A DNA stretch of 64,000 nt from an uncultured Candidatus Saccharibacteria bacterium (GCA_964618905.1 CAZUDK010000001.1:13982-77981), one strand, 5' to 3'. Numbered from the stretch's first letter, positions 9,057 through 19,482 are shown. Notes: a model not told the origin generated them from the letters alone. Made by a program: numbers and translations.

Positions 9057-11891
9057 CTACGAAAGTACGATATTTATTATCTTGCCGGGCACATAAATAA
9101 CTCTTTCAACATTCTTACCGGAAAGCCATTTGGAAATTTCTGGCAAAACTTTAGCCCTCTGAAACGCTTCTTCTTCGCTTATATCTATAGACGAGTTAAA
9201 CTGCCCGCGCTTTCTGCCATTGACCTGCACCACTATCATAGCCTCGCTTGAGACAAGTTTGGAGCTGTCATATTCAGGCCATTTTTCTTGGTGTATTGAG
9301 CTGTCGTGGCCGAGTTTATTCCAAAGCTCTTCAGCAATATAAGGAGCGAAAGGTGCAAGAAGTTTAAGCAGTATTTCAAACTCTTGGCTTGAGACTTCTT
9401 CCCTCTTATCCATATCATTAACCAAAATCATCAAAGCAGAAACAGCAGTATTAAATCCAAGAACTTCTATATCTTCTGATACTTTCTTTATTGTCTCGTG
9501 CAGAAGCGAAGATTCTTCATTTCCTTCGGAAATCTTCTCGCTGATGCGCCAAATTTTTTCAAGGAAGCGGCGCGGACCGACGAGCGAGTCTTCGCTCCAG
9601 GCGATCGCCTGCTCAAACGGCCCCATGAACATCTCGTACAGGCGAAGGGTGTCCGCGCCGAATCTCTCCACTATATTGTCCGGATTAACCACATTGCCTT
9701 TCGACTTTGACATCTTCTCTCCGCCTTCGGCGAGAATAAGGCCGTGGGAAGTGCGCTTTTTGTATGGCTCGCTTACCGGAACCAAGCCTGAATCAAACAA
9801 AAATTTATTCCAAAAACGCGAATACAAAAGATGCAGAGTAGTATGCTCCATGCCGCCGTTATACCAGTCTACCGGCATCCAATATTCGAGCGCCTTCTCG
9901 GAAGCGAACCTCTTATCATTCTCCGGATCCGTATATCTTAGGAAGTACCAAGAAGAGCCTGCCCATTGGGGCATTACGTCTGTCTCTCTCTTGGCTTCGC
10001 CTCCGCATTTAGGGCAGGTGGTATTCACCCATTCTGTAATATTGGCCAAAGGTGACTCTCCCGTATCTGTAGGCTGATAATTTTCAACCTCGGGCAGCTT
10101 CACTGGCAAATCCTTCTCCGGCACCGGCTGCCAGCCGCACTCAATGCAATGAATCATAGGTATCGGCTCACCCCAATATCTCTGCCTTGAGAATATCCAA
10201 TCTCGGAGTTTAAAGGTTGTCTTCTTCTCTCCACCCGCAAATTTTACGATCTCATCTTTTGCTTCTTCTGAATTCCTGCCATTAAACTTTCCGGAATTTA
10301 CCAGCACTCCCTCGCCTGTGTAAGGACTCTCTCCTTTCTCAAGCCTCTCCAGCCAAATATCCATCTCGGCATGAGTCATGAATTCCATCGTCAGGTCTTT
10401 AAGATCCATCCATATTACCTCGGCAGTAGCATCTTCTTCAGCTGAAAGTTCATCCCTTTCTTCATTCTCAAGATCAAAGCTTACCAGAGTCGTATATGAA
10501 ATCCTGTTTTCATCCTTGTGCGCGGCAAAGTATTCAGCCCTGACTTCTCCGCCTAATATTTTTCCGTTTATTAGATTCTTGTATCCTGTCTCCTCGGCAA
10601 CTTCCCTCCTGGCCGCTTCAAGTACATCTTCGCCCTCTTCAATGCCGCCCATAGGGAAAGTGGTCCAAGGATGTTTCTTCCATCTCAAGACAATAACTTT
10701 GCCATCTTTCGGATTCCGCACTATTACCTGTACATTCTTCCTCTCAACAGCCTTCTTTCCAGCAACAGGCGGATTCCTTTTGTCTACCCTTTCAGGAATC
10801 ACGACTTCTCTTATAGGCAAGCCAAACTTTTGAGCGAACTCATAATCTCTCTCGTCGTGTGCAGGCACGGCCATGATGGCACCAGTGCCGTAGTGTGGCA
10901 GGACATAGTCCGCAATGAATACCGGAATCTCTTCCTTATTCGCTGGGTTTATCGCAGTTACTCCCTCAAGCTTCACACCTGTCTTCTCCTTGGTTTCGCT
11001 TGTGCGCTCTATTTCGGTCTTATTTTTCGCTTCCTTTATGTAGCTCTCTACTTCTTCCTTATTCGTTATTGCCAATTCATCACTTGCAAGCAGCGGATGC
11101 TCCGGTGCAAGCACCACGTAAGTTGCACCGAAGATAGTGTCAGGCCGAGTAGTGAATACTTTTATTTTTTCTTCTGAATCCTTTATCTGGAAATCTATTT
11201 CCGCACCCTCTGACTTTCCTATCCAATTTCTCTGCTGGATTTTAACCCTCTCCGGATAATCTACTTCATCCAAATCTTTAGCTAGACGGTCAGCATACTT
11301 GGTAATTGCCAGCATCCACTGCTCCTTTTCTCTCTTCTCTACCAGTGTTCCGCATCTCTCGCACCTGCCATCTATGACCTCTTCATTGGCAAGAACAATT
11401 TTATCCTTCGGGCACCAGTTCACTAGGCTCTTAGCCTTATATGCCAGGTCTTTCTCAAAAAACTTAAGAAAAATCCACTGAGTCCACTTGTAGTACTTAG
11501 GGTCCGTAGTATTTATTTCTCTCGACCAGTCAAATGAAAGTCCAAGAGATTTAAGCTGGCGGCGGAAGTTGTCGGTATTCTCTTTTGTAACTACTCGCGG
11601 GTCTTTGCCTGTTTTAAGTGCATAATTTTCTGTCGGCAAACCGAAAGCATCCCAACCTATAGGATAAAGAACATTAAAACCTTCCATCCTTCGCTTGCGC
11701 GAGACAATATCTATAGCTGTATAGCTTCTCACGTGTCCGACATGAAGCCCGTCGCCAGACGGATATGGAAATTCTACAAGTGTGTAATACTTTGGCTTTT
11801 TGGAAATCTCTTCGGCTCTATAGATGCCAGTCTCTTCCCATTTTTGCTGCCACTTACTCTCTATTTCTTTCGGGTCGTACTCTTTTGACAT
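9057..11891 (-). CDS. leuS: Leucyl-tRNA synthetase carrying an inserted NUDIX domain
   Basis: HVGHVRSY is the HIGH motif and KMSKS is present. The CP1 editing-domain end AHDERDYEFAQKFGLPI is there. About 135 extra residues (aa 378-515) contain the canonical Nudix box GGIEEGEDVLEAARREVAEETG before the leucyl-specific GVLVNSGKFNG. Confidence 0.95.
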   Translation of the reverse strand: MSKEYDPKEIESKWQQKWEETGIYRAEEISKKPKYYTLVEFPYPSGDGLHVGHVRSYTAIDIVSRKRRMEGFNVLYPIGWDAFGLPTENYALKTGKDPRVVTKENTDNFRRQLKSLGLSFDWSREINTTDPKYYKWTQWIFLKFFEKDLAYKAKSLVNWCPKDKIVLANEEVIDGRCERCGTLVEKREKEQWMLAITKYADRLAKDLDEVDYPERVKIQQRNWIGKSEGAEIDFQIKDSEEKIKVFTTRPDTIFGATYVVLAPEHPLLASDELAITNKEEVESYIKEAKNKTEIERTSETKEKTGVKLEGVTAINPANKEEIPVFIADYVLPHYGTGAIMAVPAHDERDYEFAQKFGLPIREVVIPERVDKRNPPVAGKKAVERKNVQVIVRNPKDGKVIVLRWKKHPWTTFPMGGIEEGEDVLEAARREVAEETGYKNLINGKILGGEVRAEYFAAHKDENRISYTTLVSFDLENEERDELSAEEDATAEVIWMDLKDLTMEFMTHAEMDIWLERLEKGESPYTGEGVLVNSGKFNGRNSEEAKDEIVKFAGGEKKTTFKLRDWIFSRQRYWGEPIPMIHCIECGWQPVPEKDLPVKLPEVENYQPTDTGESPLANITEWVNTTCPKCGGEAKRETDVMPQWAGSSWYFLRYTDPENDKRFASEKALEYWMPVDWYNGGMEHTTLHLLYSRFWNKFLFDSGLVPVSEPYKKRTSHGLILAEGGEKMSKSKGNVVNPDNIVERFGADTLRLYEMFMGPFEQAIAWSEDSLVGPRRFLEKIWRISEKISEGNEESSLLHETIKKVSEDIEVLGFNTAVSALMILVNDMDKREEVSSQEFEILLKLLAPFAPYIAEELWNKLGHDSSIHQEKWPEYDSSKLVSSEAMIVVQVNGRKRGQFNSSIDISEEEAFQRAKVLPEISKWLSGKNVERVIYVPGKIINIVLS

Positions 11892-11946
11892 TACTCCAAT
11901 ATTATATCTTTACACTGCAAAAACAAAGCGAAGCAAAACTAGCTTA

Positions 11947-11977
11947 GAAAAAGGGTAACCCGTCTCGAAAAACCCTT
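11947..11977 (-). terminator. Hairpin followed by a U-run downstream of the 11976..12905 gene
   Basis: On the minus strand aagggt(n15)accctt is followed by tttt. It overlaps the stop codon. Confidence 0.45.
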
Positions 11978-12905
11978 ATTGAGTCCTCACAGGATAAAGC
12001 TGAGGATCGATGGCACGCTGGAAGCAGTAATGTCCGGCTGAGTGATTCCAATTTTCCATCTCTAGACCGCCAGGACCATAAGGCATTCGTGCAACAGGCA
12101 TCTCTCCTTGGCCGGGAGTCTCTCTATTGAAGATGGCGCAAAGCTCAAAAGCCTTTGCTGACTGACCTATAAGAGTATACTCGTAAGCCTCGCCGGTCTC
12201 TGGATCTACAGGAGGCGTAAAGCCGGATATGGAATCAGTCAGCTCACTAAGCTTGCCTGGTATATAACCTTTCTGCTGGTAGAAATTCACGATTTGCCAC
12301 TGAATGTTCTGGAGATCCGAAACGCGTTCCTGGTCATAGCGAATAGCGCGGGCAGTTGCCGGCGAACCAACTACTGCAAAGCCGCAGATAATAGCTGCAA
12401 GGATAAGAATCACAGAACCTATTCTCCACCAATTTCTTTCTTTTGGAGAAATAACATTTCTAACTTCGCGCAAGTAGTAAGCAAAAACTCCTCCTGCTAT
12501 GACGAGAAGTGCAAGAACTTTTAGAATAAAGCCCGTTGTAAACTCTTGCCCGTCGAGGAACATGTATATAACGGTTATCAAGTCGCCTGCGATTATGGCA
12601 CCAGCGATGAAGAGTGTGATATAGGAGAGAAATTTGCGTACTCCAGACTCGCGACGAGATGCATCTTCGGCATAACTTTTCTGCAAAAGCCAAGAAAGAA
12701 GAAGAAAGATAGGAAAAGCCACTATTAGAGTAGCTACCTGCAAGCTGATGGAACTGGAGCCGTAGTAGAGAGCAGTTCGCATTGCCGGAAATGCAACATT
12801 GATAACGCGGAAAACGAGAAAGATAAGCGCTGTGATGCTCGCATAAAAAGCAACTATAGCCCCCACCTGCAAAAAGAAATCCTTAACGGTTATTTTTGTA
12901 GTCAT
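11976..12905 (-). CDS. Multi-pass membrane protein, hypothetical
   Basis: A 309-aa ORF with 5 to 6 hydrophobic segments and no recognisable catalytic motif. Confidence 0.55.
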   Translation of the reverse strand: MTTKITVKDFFLQVGAIVAFYASITALIFLVFRVINVAFPAMRTALYYGSSSISLQVATLIVAFPIFLLLSWLLQKSYAEDASRRESGVRKFLSYITLFIAGAIIAGDLITVIYMFLDGQEFTTGFILKVLALLVIAGGVFAYYLREVRNVISPKERNWWRIGSVILILAAIICGFAVVGSPATARAIRYDQERVSDLQNIQWQIVNFYQQKGYIPGKLSELTDSISGFTPPVDPETGEAYEYTLIGQSAKAFELCAIFNRETPGQGEMPVARMPYGPGGLEMENWNHSAGHYCFQRAIDPQLYPVRTQ

Positions 12906-12912
12906 TCTTTTA

Positions 12913-13734
12913 TTATATTAGAAATTCGATAACATCTCCATCTTGAACAATGTATTCTTTGCCTTCAGTTCGTATCCAGCCTTTCTCGCGCGCGGCCGCG
13001 CGCGAGCCAGCTTCCAAAAACTTGTCGTAGTGAATTACCTCTGCCCGAATAAATTTATCCTGAAAGTCTGAGTGAATAGACTTACCTGCTTCTGGAGCAG
13101 TTGCGCCTCTCTTAGTAGTCCAAGCTCTGCTCTCTTTTTCTCCAGTAGTAAAGAAAGTTATAAGATCGAGAAGTTTATAGGATTCAAGAATCAACTTATC
13201 AAGACCTGTACCGAAAACCGGATCGACTTCTATAAAAGGTCCAGGAATCTTTTCTTTGAATTCCGGTGAAATCTGCCCTGACACTTCCGAGACATTCAGC
13301 ACGTAAAGAGTAGGTTTCTGTATGCCAGCTTTCTCAAGTTCGAGATTAATGATTTCTATGTCGAAGAGTGGATCAACTTTGTTATGTACATGGATGATGT
13401 CAGAGTCTTCAAACGTACGAACCATCATAATGATTGCATCCACCTCTCTTATATGCGAAAGGAATTTATTTCCGAGACCTTCGCCTTCTGCTGCGCCGCG
13501 CACCAAGCCGGCAATATCTACAAACTCAACAACAGCAGGAATTTTCTGCTTTGACTTACTCATGTCAGAGAGCTTATCGAGCCTCTCGTCTGGCACCGGC
13601 ACAATACCAACAGACGGATCTATGGTGCAGAACGGATAGTTCTCCGCCGGCACTTCTTTCTTTGTAAGTGCATTAAAAAGCGTGGACTTCCCCACATTCG
13701 GCAAACCGACGATTCCGACAGTCAATTTAGACAT
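12913..13734 (-). CDS. ychF: Ribosome-binding ATPase YchF, short 273-aa form
   Basis: GLPNVGKST is the G1 motif and DIAGLV is G3. The NVSE motif is present. A C-terminal TGS domain is present. The helical insert is shortened. Confidence 0.85.
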   Translation of the reverse strand: MSKLTVGIVGLPNVGKSTLFNALTKKEVPAENYPFCTIDPSVGIVPVPDERLDKLSDMSKSKQKIPAVVEFVDIAGLVRGAAEGEGLGNKFLSHIREVDAIIMMVRTFEDSDIIHVHNKVDPLFDIEIINLELEKAGIQKPTLYVLNVSEVSGQISPEFKEKIPGPFIEVDPVFGTGLDKLILESYKLLDLITFFTTGEKESRAWTTKRGATAPEAGKSIHSDFQDKFIRAEVIHYDKFLEAGSRAAAREKGWIRTEGKEYIVQDGDVIEFLI

Positions 13735-13815
13735 AGGAAATATCTTTACCTAGAAGCATGACAAAATCAATACTTCCGGTTAAAAAACTATTTATTTCAG
13801 AAAAACCTACCTAAG

Positions 13816-16800
13816 TTATCCCGACAATTCCTGCATTTCCAACTCTGAGATTTTTTGCTTCAATTCCACGATCTTCTGCTGTATTTGCAATATTAGCTGC
13901 TGTCTCAATATGTCTGTTGATGTTCCTGTATATACAGGAGATGCGATCGGATGAGTAAGAGAAACCATGTAAGTGGTTGCAGACCAACCAGCAAGACCAT
14001 TATCGAACTTAACTTCTACCCACTGGTAACCGTCTGCAGTTATAGGACCGGAGAGCACTGAACCTTGAACTCCATTTGGAACAACACTTAGCACCTGAGA
14101 TAGCAAGGATGGTCCTGATCTTATATTGAGACCGGAAGTACTTTGAATTCTATCTGAGGCTGAAATTATCGAAGAAGTTGGCGTTTGAGTAACTACTGGA
14201 GTTACAGAAACCGCAGTAGGAGTGTAAGAAGTAGCAGTAGTAGTAAGACCTGACAAGTAAGAAGTTGCAGACCATCCTGTATATCCGTTGCTGTACTGGA
14301 CTTTAACCCAAGTATATCCATCAGCCACAACCGGCTCGCTCGATACAACTGTACCTGTGGAATTTATTGGAGCTACAGCCAATACCGAGGCAGAGAGCGA
14401 AGGCTGAGATCTAACATTCAATGCCGCTAGAGTTTTTACAGTGCCTTGCATAGCTTCTACTGGAGTAAGTTCCTCGAAATCTGAATCATCCAACTTACTC
14501 AGATCAAAATCAGCACCATCTCCATAATCAATACCATAACCGATTCCACCGGAAGAATGAGTGGAAGGATTAGTATCTTCTGTAGGAGCTTCTACCACTT
14601 CGTAGACTGAGAAGCCTGGAACTGTAAATATGAGTGTACCTGAAGTCTTGCTGTAAGAATTTATGGTGCAGTTTGTGCAGAGCTGTCCATCCTTGTATAC
14701 CACCGGATTATCCATATCTATGTCATACATGGTTATAAGAGCCGGCTCATTGAGTTCAGGGAGTTTATCTGACTCAATCGTTATTCTGTTCTTTTCTATA
14801 TGTACATATGAATCAAGATTCAAGCGCTCCCCGTCTCTTACTAGGGATACAGATTCCAGGAATTTTATCTTTCCTTTATTGTTTACACCTAATTCGAAAT
14901 TAACAACATTTTTAAGATCTTTGTCTGAAAGATCAGACTTAATGTTGAATTCATTGGCGATAGGAGGAACACATCCGCTTTGATTTACAGTAGAAACGAG
15001 TGCAGCAGGAGTGCCCGGACATTTATCCTTACCATCATTAACACCGTCATTATCGCTATCACCTTGTGGGAACATAGAAGGCAAAACAACAGTTACAGCT
15101 CTATGGGATGATTTTCCTCCTGCTGATGCATATATCACGACCGTACCGACAGAATGCCCTGTTACCAAACCAGTAGAAGAGACGCTGGCTATAACGCCGT
15201 TAGTTGTAGTCCAATTAATAGGACTGCCTGTAAGGTTTCCAGATGAATCCTTAGCTACAGCACTGAGTTGTATTGTATCACCTGTCTCTACGGTCAGGAA
15301 AGCATCATTCGGCGACATGGATATAGAATCAACAGGACGAGCATTCGAAACATTGAATACCACAGGAGAGGATATCGTAACATTTCCGTATGCATCGCGA
15401 GCAACTGCAGTAATAGTGTGTTGGCCGTTCGTTAAATTGGCTGTGTCATACAAAATCTTGTATGGCGAATGTATTTCTTCGGATCCGGCATTGGAACCAT
15501 CTATCTTGAATCTAACTCCTGCTATTCCTTTATTGTCAGAGGCGGATGCTTTCAATTCTATTGTTCCTGAAACGAAATCGCCTGAAGATATAGATTCCAC
15601 TGATACCTCAGGATATTCATTATCTACTTCTACAGGAGGTGGCGTATTGTTATCTGAGCCTGTAGGTATATCTGTGCCGTAAGCTGCGGCAAGGGTAGCA
15701 GCATTTATATTTAATCTCTTATGAACATCGAAACAAGACTGACCAGGAATGTCGTTAACTCCAGGCACAATAGCTCCGCAAGGGAATGCTCCTGTGCGTA
15801 GGTCCCACAATGGCTGATTTGTCAGCTTTCCATCCACATATCTATATAAGATATTAGCACCTATATCTTCCCCATTCTTTCCTGCGCCTTTAAGCGGAGA
15901 ATCATCTGGTATGTATATAGGTGTAGCTGCAAGTTTAGGATTAACACTGATGTTTCTTCTATAGATTCCGGAAGTATCTGAGATATTCTCTGAAGGTTGT
16001 ACGGAATTATTGTATATATCAGAATTCTCCATCAATGCTTTGTATTTAGGAGTTGAAATAGAGAGAATATTTCCAGAGGTACCCAATACTAATGCGTTTG
16101 TCACCGTAAAGGCACATTCATATCCATCAGGAATGCCTGCACATATCTTGTCTGTACCTTTATCGCTAGGTGCTTCGTTTGCCAGGACAGCCTCAGGTGT
16201 ATTTATGATTGTTACATTTTCTATATGCGTACCGCCGGTTCCTGTAAAACCTGTACCGGCTCGAAGCATAAAAGGATGCTGTGTGCCTATAACCAGATAA
16301 TCCTTATATACGTTTCCATGAGGACATCGCAAACCAAGATCCTCCCCTGTTACATTCACAGGTCTGCAATCGACATAACCTGCAAATACTCCTCCGATAG
16401 ATATATTTCCTAACAGTCTATTGTTATGTCCTCCCGGAAGACCATTAAAGAGCAGATTTGGGCCGGCATGGATCTCTATTCCTCTGTGTTGCTCTCCATC
16501 GAGTATGGAGTTTTCAACTATTACGTTTGAGGCTGGGTAGAGTGCTATGGCCTCATCCGGCGCATTAGGCCTGCCGTTGTTGTACAATCTTCTTATTGTT
16601 ACATATTGTGAACGACTGACACTAAGTCCATGTCTTTGGTAATCATAAATTTCTGAATCTTCAAGGAGAACATACTCACTGTCCAGAATCTTTATAGGGT
16701 GGTCATTAAAGTATCTATTTGGATGAGTAGCTAGAAGTTTCTTAAGTGTAATGTTTGAGCTACGAACCACCTGGAATACGTCTCTCTGCTTACCTCCTGC

Positions 16801-18273
16801 TGCTTCTGTCCTATCAACACTTGAACCTCTCAGACCAATGATATCCCAGTAAGAACAGTGCGACATCTCAAAAGCTTGATGCTCACCTCCATCTGCCGAA
16901 AGAAATGCCCTTCTTTCGCTTTGGGCTATCATGGTGATATGAGCATTTTCAGTACCATTTCTAGCATTAGCAGTACAGTCAATATCCGGCATGCCTGTAG
17001 TTTGCGGAGTATAGATGCCGTTCATTAATACGAGGATATCTCCAGGCCTGAGCTTTGGTATTGCTTTGCTGAAGGTCTTAAGAGGAGACACATCAGTAAG
17101 TCCGGAGTTGGAATCCGAACCGGTTGGAGAAATATAGTAAGCAGACCCAGAAGCATCAGGAATCTGACCAGTTTGATTCTTTGTAGAAATATTTACCTGA
17201 ATGCTTTCTGTGTTGCTTGAAGCTTTCTTTATGTCAGCACTTAAAGTATGCTGCCCGTCAGAAACAGACAGAGAGTCCCAAGTTGCCGTATAAGGAGCGG
17301 ATGTATCAGCAGAGCCAATATTTTTTCCATCTACTTTAAATTGAACACTCTCTACACGATCATTATCTGAAGGATCAACCTCCATTACTATTATGCCGGA
17401 GACCACCTGCCCTGAAACTGGTGAAGAGAACAAACTTACAGAATTTTGTTCAGAAGAATTTCCTGTGTCTGTACCTGCATCTTCATCATTACCTGGAGCT
17501 CTCACAGCAACAGCAGATGCCACCCATGATTGAGTAGCGCTTGTATTTAAAAGTTTCCAAGAGAAAGAAGCGCTTTCTACATTAGAGAACTTTCCTGCAA
17601 GACCCATGATACGCCTGCCGCTGGCAGAGTCTCCATCACCATCTAGTGTCCACAACACATTTTGTTTTCCGGGATTTGAAATTCCTAGATCTCTCTGGAC
17701 TATAAAGTTGCCAATCAAAAGATCAGTGGTGGCAGATGAAAGAGAAAGATTCGCAGTAGAGGTGTTTTGATTTCCTGAAACAGTGTATACCTGTCCGAAA
17801 GAATTATTAAGATTAGCTCCACTGATACTTAACACACCTGCTACAAAAGTAGTGTCCTTAGACACTGCCACATCAACGTTAGCAGTTCCTGTTGGAGGAT
17901 TTTTCAGATACCAAATTTCATTTCCGACGATATTAGATGACTGATTAAGAGGGGTTAGATCAATGCCTGAGTACTTTACGGAATTAATAGTTCCGCTTCT
18001 GTTGCCTAAAAGAACTATTAGTAGTCGATTAGTATCATTATTAGGAACTGTGTGTGGGAAAGAAAACTTATTTCCTATTGTTGAATACCCAGATTCAAAA
18101 GAAGAAGTTGAAGTTATTACAGGTGCAGAAATTTCAGAAGACAGCACATCTAATGTTGCAGCTGTAGGCAGCGCTTCATCATTAAAATTAAAATCTTTGA
18201 TTGCAAAAGAAGCAGTAAATACAACAACCGATATTCCTAAAATTAGAAATAAATTTTTACTTAAGGTACTCAT
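13816..18273 (-). CDS. Giant secreted or cell-surface protein of 1485 aa: signal anchor, Ig-like domains, parallel beta-helix, Big_2, TSP3 calcium-binding motif, two SH3b domains and a C-terminal coiled coil
   Basis: The N-terminus MSTLSKNLFLILGISVVVFTASFA is a signal or anchor sequence. The repeated SPY...DT...NGQHT...A.D..GN pattern fits Ig-like domains. The NxxG-rich repeats (e.g. VTIRRLYNNG...SNVIVENSILDG) fit a beta-helix. DSDNDGVNDGKDKCP is a TSP3 motif. Two NVRSQPS / NIRSGPS ...GW.AT.Y segments are SH3b domains. Confidence 0.85.
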   Translation of the reverse strand: MSTLSKNLFLILGISVVVFTASFAIKDFNFNDEALPTAATLDVLSSEISAPVITSTSSFESGYSTIGNKFSFPHTVPNNDTNRLLIVLLGNRSGTINSVKYSGIDLTPLNQSSNIVGNEIWYLKNPPTGTANVDVAVSKDTTFVAGVLSISGANLNNSFGQVYTVSGNQNTSTANLSLSSATTDLLIGNFIVQRDLGISNPGKQNVLWTLDGDGDSASGRRIMGLAGKFSNVESASFSWKLLNTSATQSWVASAVAVRAPGNDEDAGTDTGNSSEQNSVSLFSSPVSGQVVSGIIVMEVDPSDNDRVESVQFKVDGKNIGSADTSAPYTATWDSLSVSDGQHTLSADIKKASSNTESIQVNISTKNQTGQIPDASGSAYYISPTGSDSNSGLTDVSPLKTFSKAIPKLRPGDILVLMNGIYTPQTTGMPDIDCTANARNGTENAHITMIAQSERRAFLSADGGEHQAFEMSHCSYWDIIGLRGSSVDRTEAAGGKQRDVFQVVRSSNITLKKLLATHPNRYFNDHPIKILDSEYVLLEDSEIYDYQRHGLSVSRSQYVTIRRLYNNGRPNAPDEAIALYPASNVIVENSILDGEQHRGIEIHAGPNLLFNGLPGGHNNRLLGNISIGGVFAGYVDCRPVNVTGEDLGLRCPHGNVYKDYLVIGTQHPFMLRAGTGFTGTGGTHIENVTIINTPEAVLANEAPSDKGTDKICAGIPDGYECAFTVTNALVLGTSGNILSISTPKYKALMENSDIYNNSVQPSENISDTSGIYRRNISVNPKLAATPIYIPDDSPLKGAGKNGEDIGANILYRYVDGKLTNQPLWDLRTGAFPCGAIVPGVNDIPGQSCFDVHKRLNINAATLAAAYGTDIPTGSDNNTPPPVEVDNEYPEVSVESISSGDFVSGTIELKASASDNKGIAGVRFKIDGSNAGSEEIHSPYKILYDTANLTNGQHTITAVARDAYGNVTISSPVVFNVSNARPVDSISMSPNDAFLTVETGDTIQLSAVAKDSSGNLTGSPINWTTTNGVIASVSSTGLVTGHSVGTVVIYASAGGKSSHRAVTVVLPSMFPQGDSDNDGVNDGKDKCPGTPAALVSTVNQSGCVPPIANEFNIKSDLSDKDLKNVVNFELGVNNKGKIKFLESVSLVRDGERLNLDSYVHIEKNRITIESDKLPELNEPALITMYDIDMDNPVVYKDGQLCTNCTINSYSKTSGTLIFTVPGFSVYEVVEAPTEDTNPSTHSSGGIGYGIDYGDGADFDLSKLDDSDFEELTPVEAMQGTVKTLAALNVRSQPSLSASVLAVAPINSTGTVVSSEPVVADGYTWVKVQYSNGYTGWSATSYLSGLTTTATSYTPTAVSVTPVVTQTPTSSIISASDRIQSTSGLNIRSGPSLLSQVLSVVPNGVQGSVLSGPITADGYQWVEVKFDNGLAGWSATTYMVSLTHPIASPVYTGTSTDILRQQLILQIQQKIVELKQKISELEMQELSG

Positions 18274-18405
18274 AATTATTTATTTATCTTCTCCTATATG
18301 GAAGTCTTTATACTGCTACTGCTGAGATCACTATTAAAATTGTACATCCAATTTTTTTTGTATATATAAGACTTTTAAGATAGTGTGGATAGCATTTAAA
18401 AATTA

Positions 18406-18438
18406 TGTGCACCCAAATAATTCATACTCGGGTGCACA
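18406..18438. promoter_or_regulatory. 9-bp perfect inverted repeat (tgtgcaccc / gggtgcaca) with a 15-nt loop, inside a 330-bp AT-rich leader
   Basis: Seen directly in the sequence. It lies in the 18274-18603 intergenic region upstream of the giant surface-protein gene. Confidence 0.3.
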
Positions 18439-18603
18439 CATTAAATCTTTCAAGATATTAATTTCATTTAATAAAAATAGAGATCCATTATTATGATTTA
18501 AAAATGACTAAATACTTTATAAAGATTAATAAAGATACATTAAATTTAGCCTTGATATATCAATGTTTATATATCTTTTGCTGATAGATTTATTTAATCT
18601 TAA

Positions 18604-19185
18604 TTACTTTGCTTTTCTTCCAAGTTTATAGACTTTTCGCTTGATTCTTTCGCGTCGAGAAACACTTCCCGCATGTTTAAGATATCCGAATTTTTGAACC
18701 ATTATAGGAGAGAATCCTCCAAACCATAATATCCCCCGCTTGAGTTCATTAGTCGTATCTCCAAAGATGATGCGCTGAGCTAAAGGTACAGTATCTGAAG
18801 TAACAAACATTCTTGCGCTTCTGCCTTTAAGAAGTTTCTTCCAACTAAATTCACTGGTGAAGTGGAAAGCAAATCCTGGTATCCAAGTTCTATCAAAAAG
18901 TCCTTTTAGCAAAGCTGGCATTGTCGACCACCAAGATGGATAAAAAATTACGAAGTGATCGCACCAACGTATATTTTCCTGAAAAGAAACCAGACTCGGC
19001 TCAAGTTCCTGCACAAGCCTGTACCCGTGATGAAGTACCGGATCAAAATCCATATCAGCAAGATTCATTCTGCGCACTTGATGACCGACTTCATTTGCAC
19101 CTCTTTCGTAATGGTCAGCTAAAGTATAGTTGAAACTGTCATTATCCGGATGCCCAAGAAGAATAAAAATTTTTTTCTTTTTCAT
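18604..19185 (-). CDS. Flavodoxin-like NAD(P)H-dependent oxidoreductase (MdaB / KefF-like)
   Basis: MKKKKIFILLGHPDNDSFNYTLA...HFVIFYPSWWSTMPALLKGLFDR is the flavodoxin_2 signature. Confidence 0.7.
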   Translation of the reverse strand: MKKKKIFILLGHPDNDSFNYTLADHYERGANEVGHQVRRMNLADMDFDPVLHHGYRLVQELEPSLVSFQENIRWCDHFVIFYPSWWSTMPALLKGLFDRTWIPGFAFHFTSEFSWKKLLKGRSARMFVTSDTVPLAQRIIFGDTTNELKRGILWFGGFSPIMVQKFGYLKHAGSVSRRERIKRKVYKLGRKAK

Positions 19186-19189
19186 GAAT

Positions 19190-19420
19190 TTATTTTCTCA
19201 TTAATTTCTGAAGCTCGGCCTGATGCTTGCGCATTACTTCCATAGTGGCAGCTGTCTCACCTTTACCTTCTTTCATCCTCTGCTTAACCTCCTCCCCTAT
19301 CTTCTGAAAGAAATCAGGATTCTTATCTATAAGTTCAAGCATCATATCTTGCTGTGCCTGAGGCATGCCTTTCATTTTGGACTTAAGCATCTGCTTAAGC
19401 ATAAAGTCTTTGATTCCCAT
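19190..19420 (-). CDS. Small hypothetical protein of 76 aa
   Basis: The ORF has a charged helical composition. There are no recognisable motifs. Confidence 0.4.
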   Translation of the reverse strand: MGIKDFMLKQMLKSKMKGMPQAQQDMMLELIDKNPDFFQKIGEEVKQRMKEGKGETAATMEVMRKHQAELQKLMRK

Positions 19421-19456
19421 AACTTGAAATTATACGCTATGAATAATATAAGGCAA

Positions 19457-19482
19457 AACCCCGCACATGCGTGCGGGGTTGT
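19457..19482 (-). terminator. Rho-independent terminator
   Basis: ccccgcac-atgc-gtgcgggg forms an 8-bp GC stem. On the minus strand it is followed by uuuugcc. It lies immediately downstream of the 19486..19992 gene. Confidence 0.6.

Noticed and set aside
15011-15682. A 223-aa plus-strand ORF and several other ORFs of 60 to 130 aa lying antisense inside the giant surface-protein gene, leuS, uvrA, priA and hsdR. Examples are 37690..38325, 46830..47417, 9544..10077 and 10671..11177.
   Set aside because: They are fully embedded antisense to long, well-supported genes. They have low-complexity or Ser/Leu-rich translations typical of shadow ORFs.
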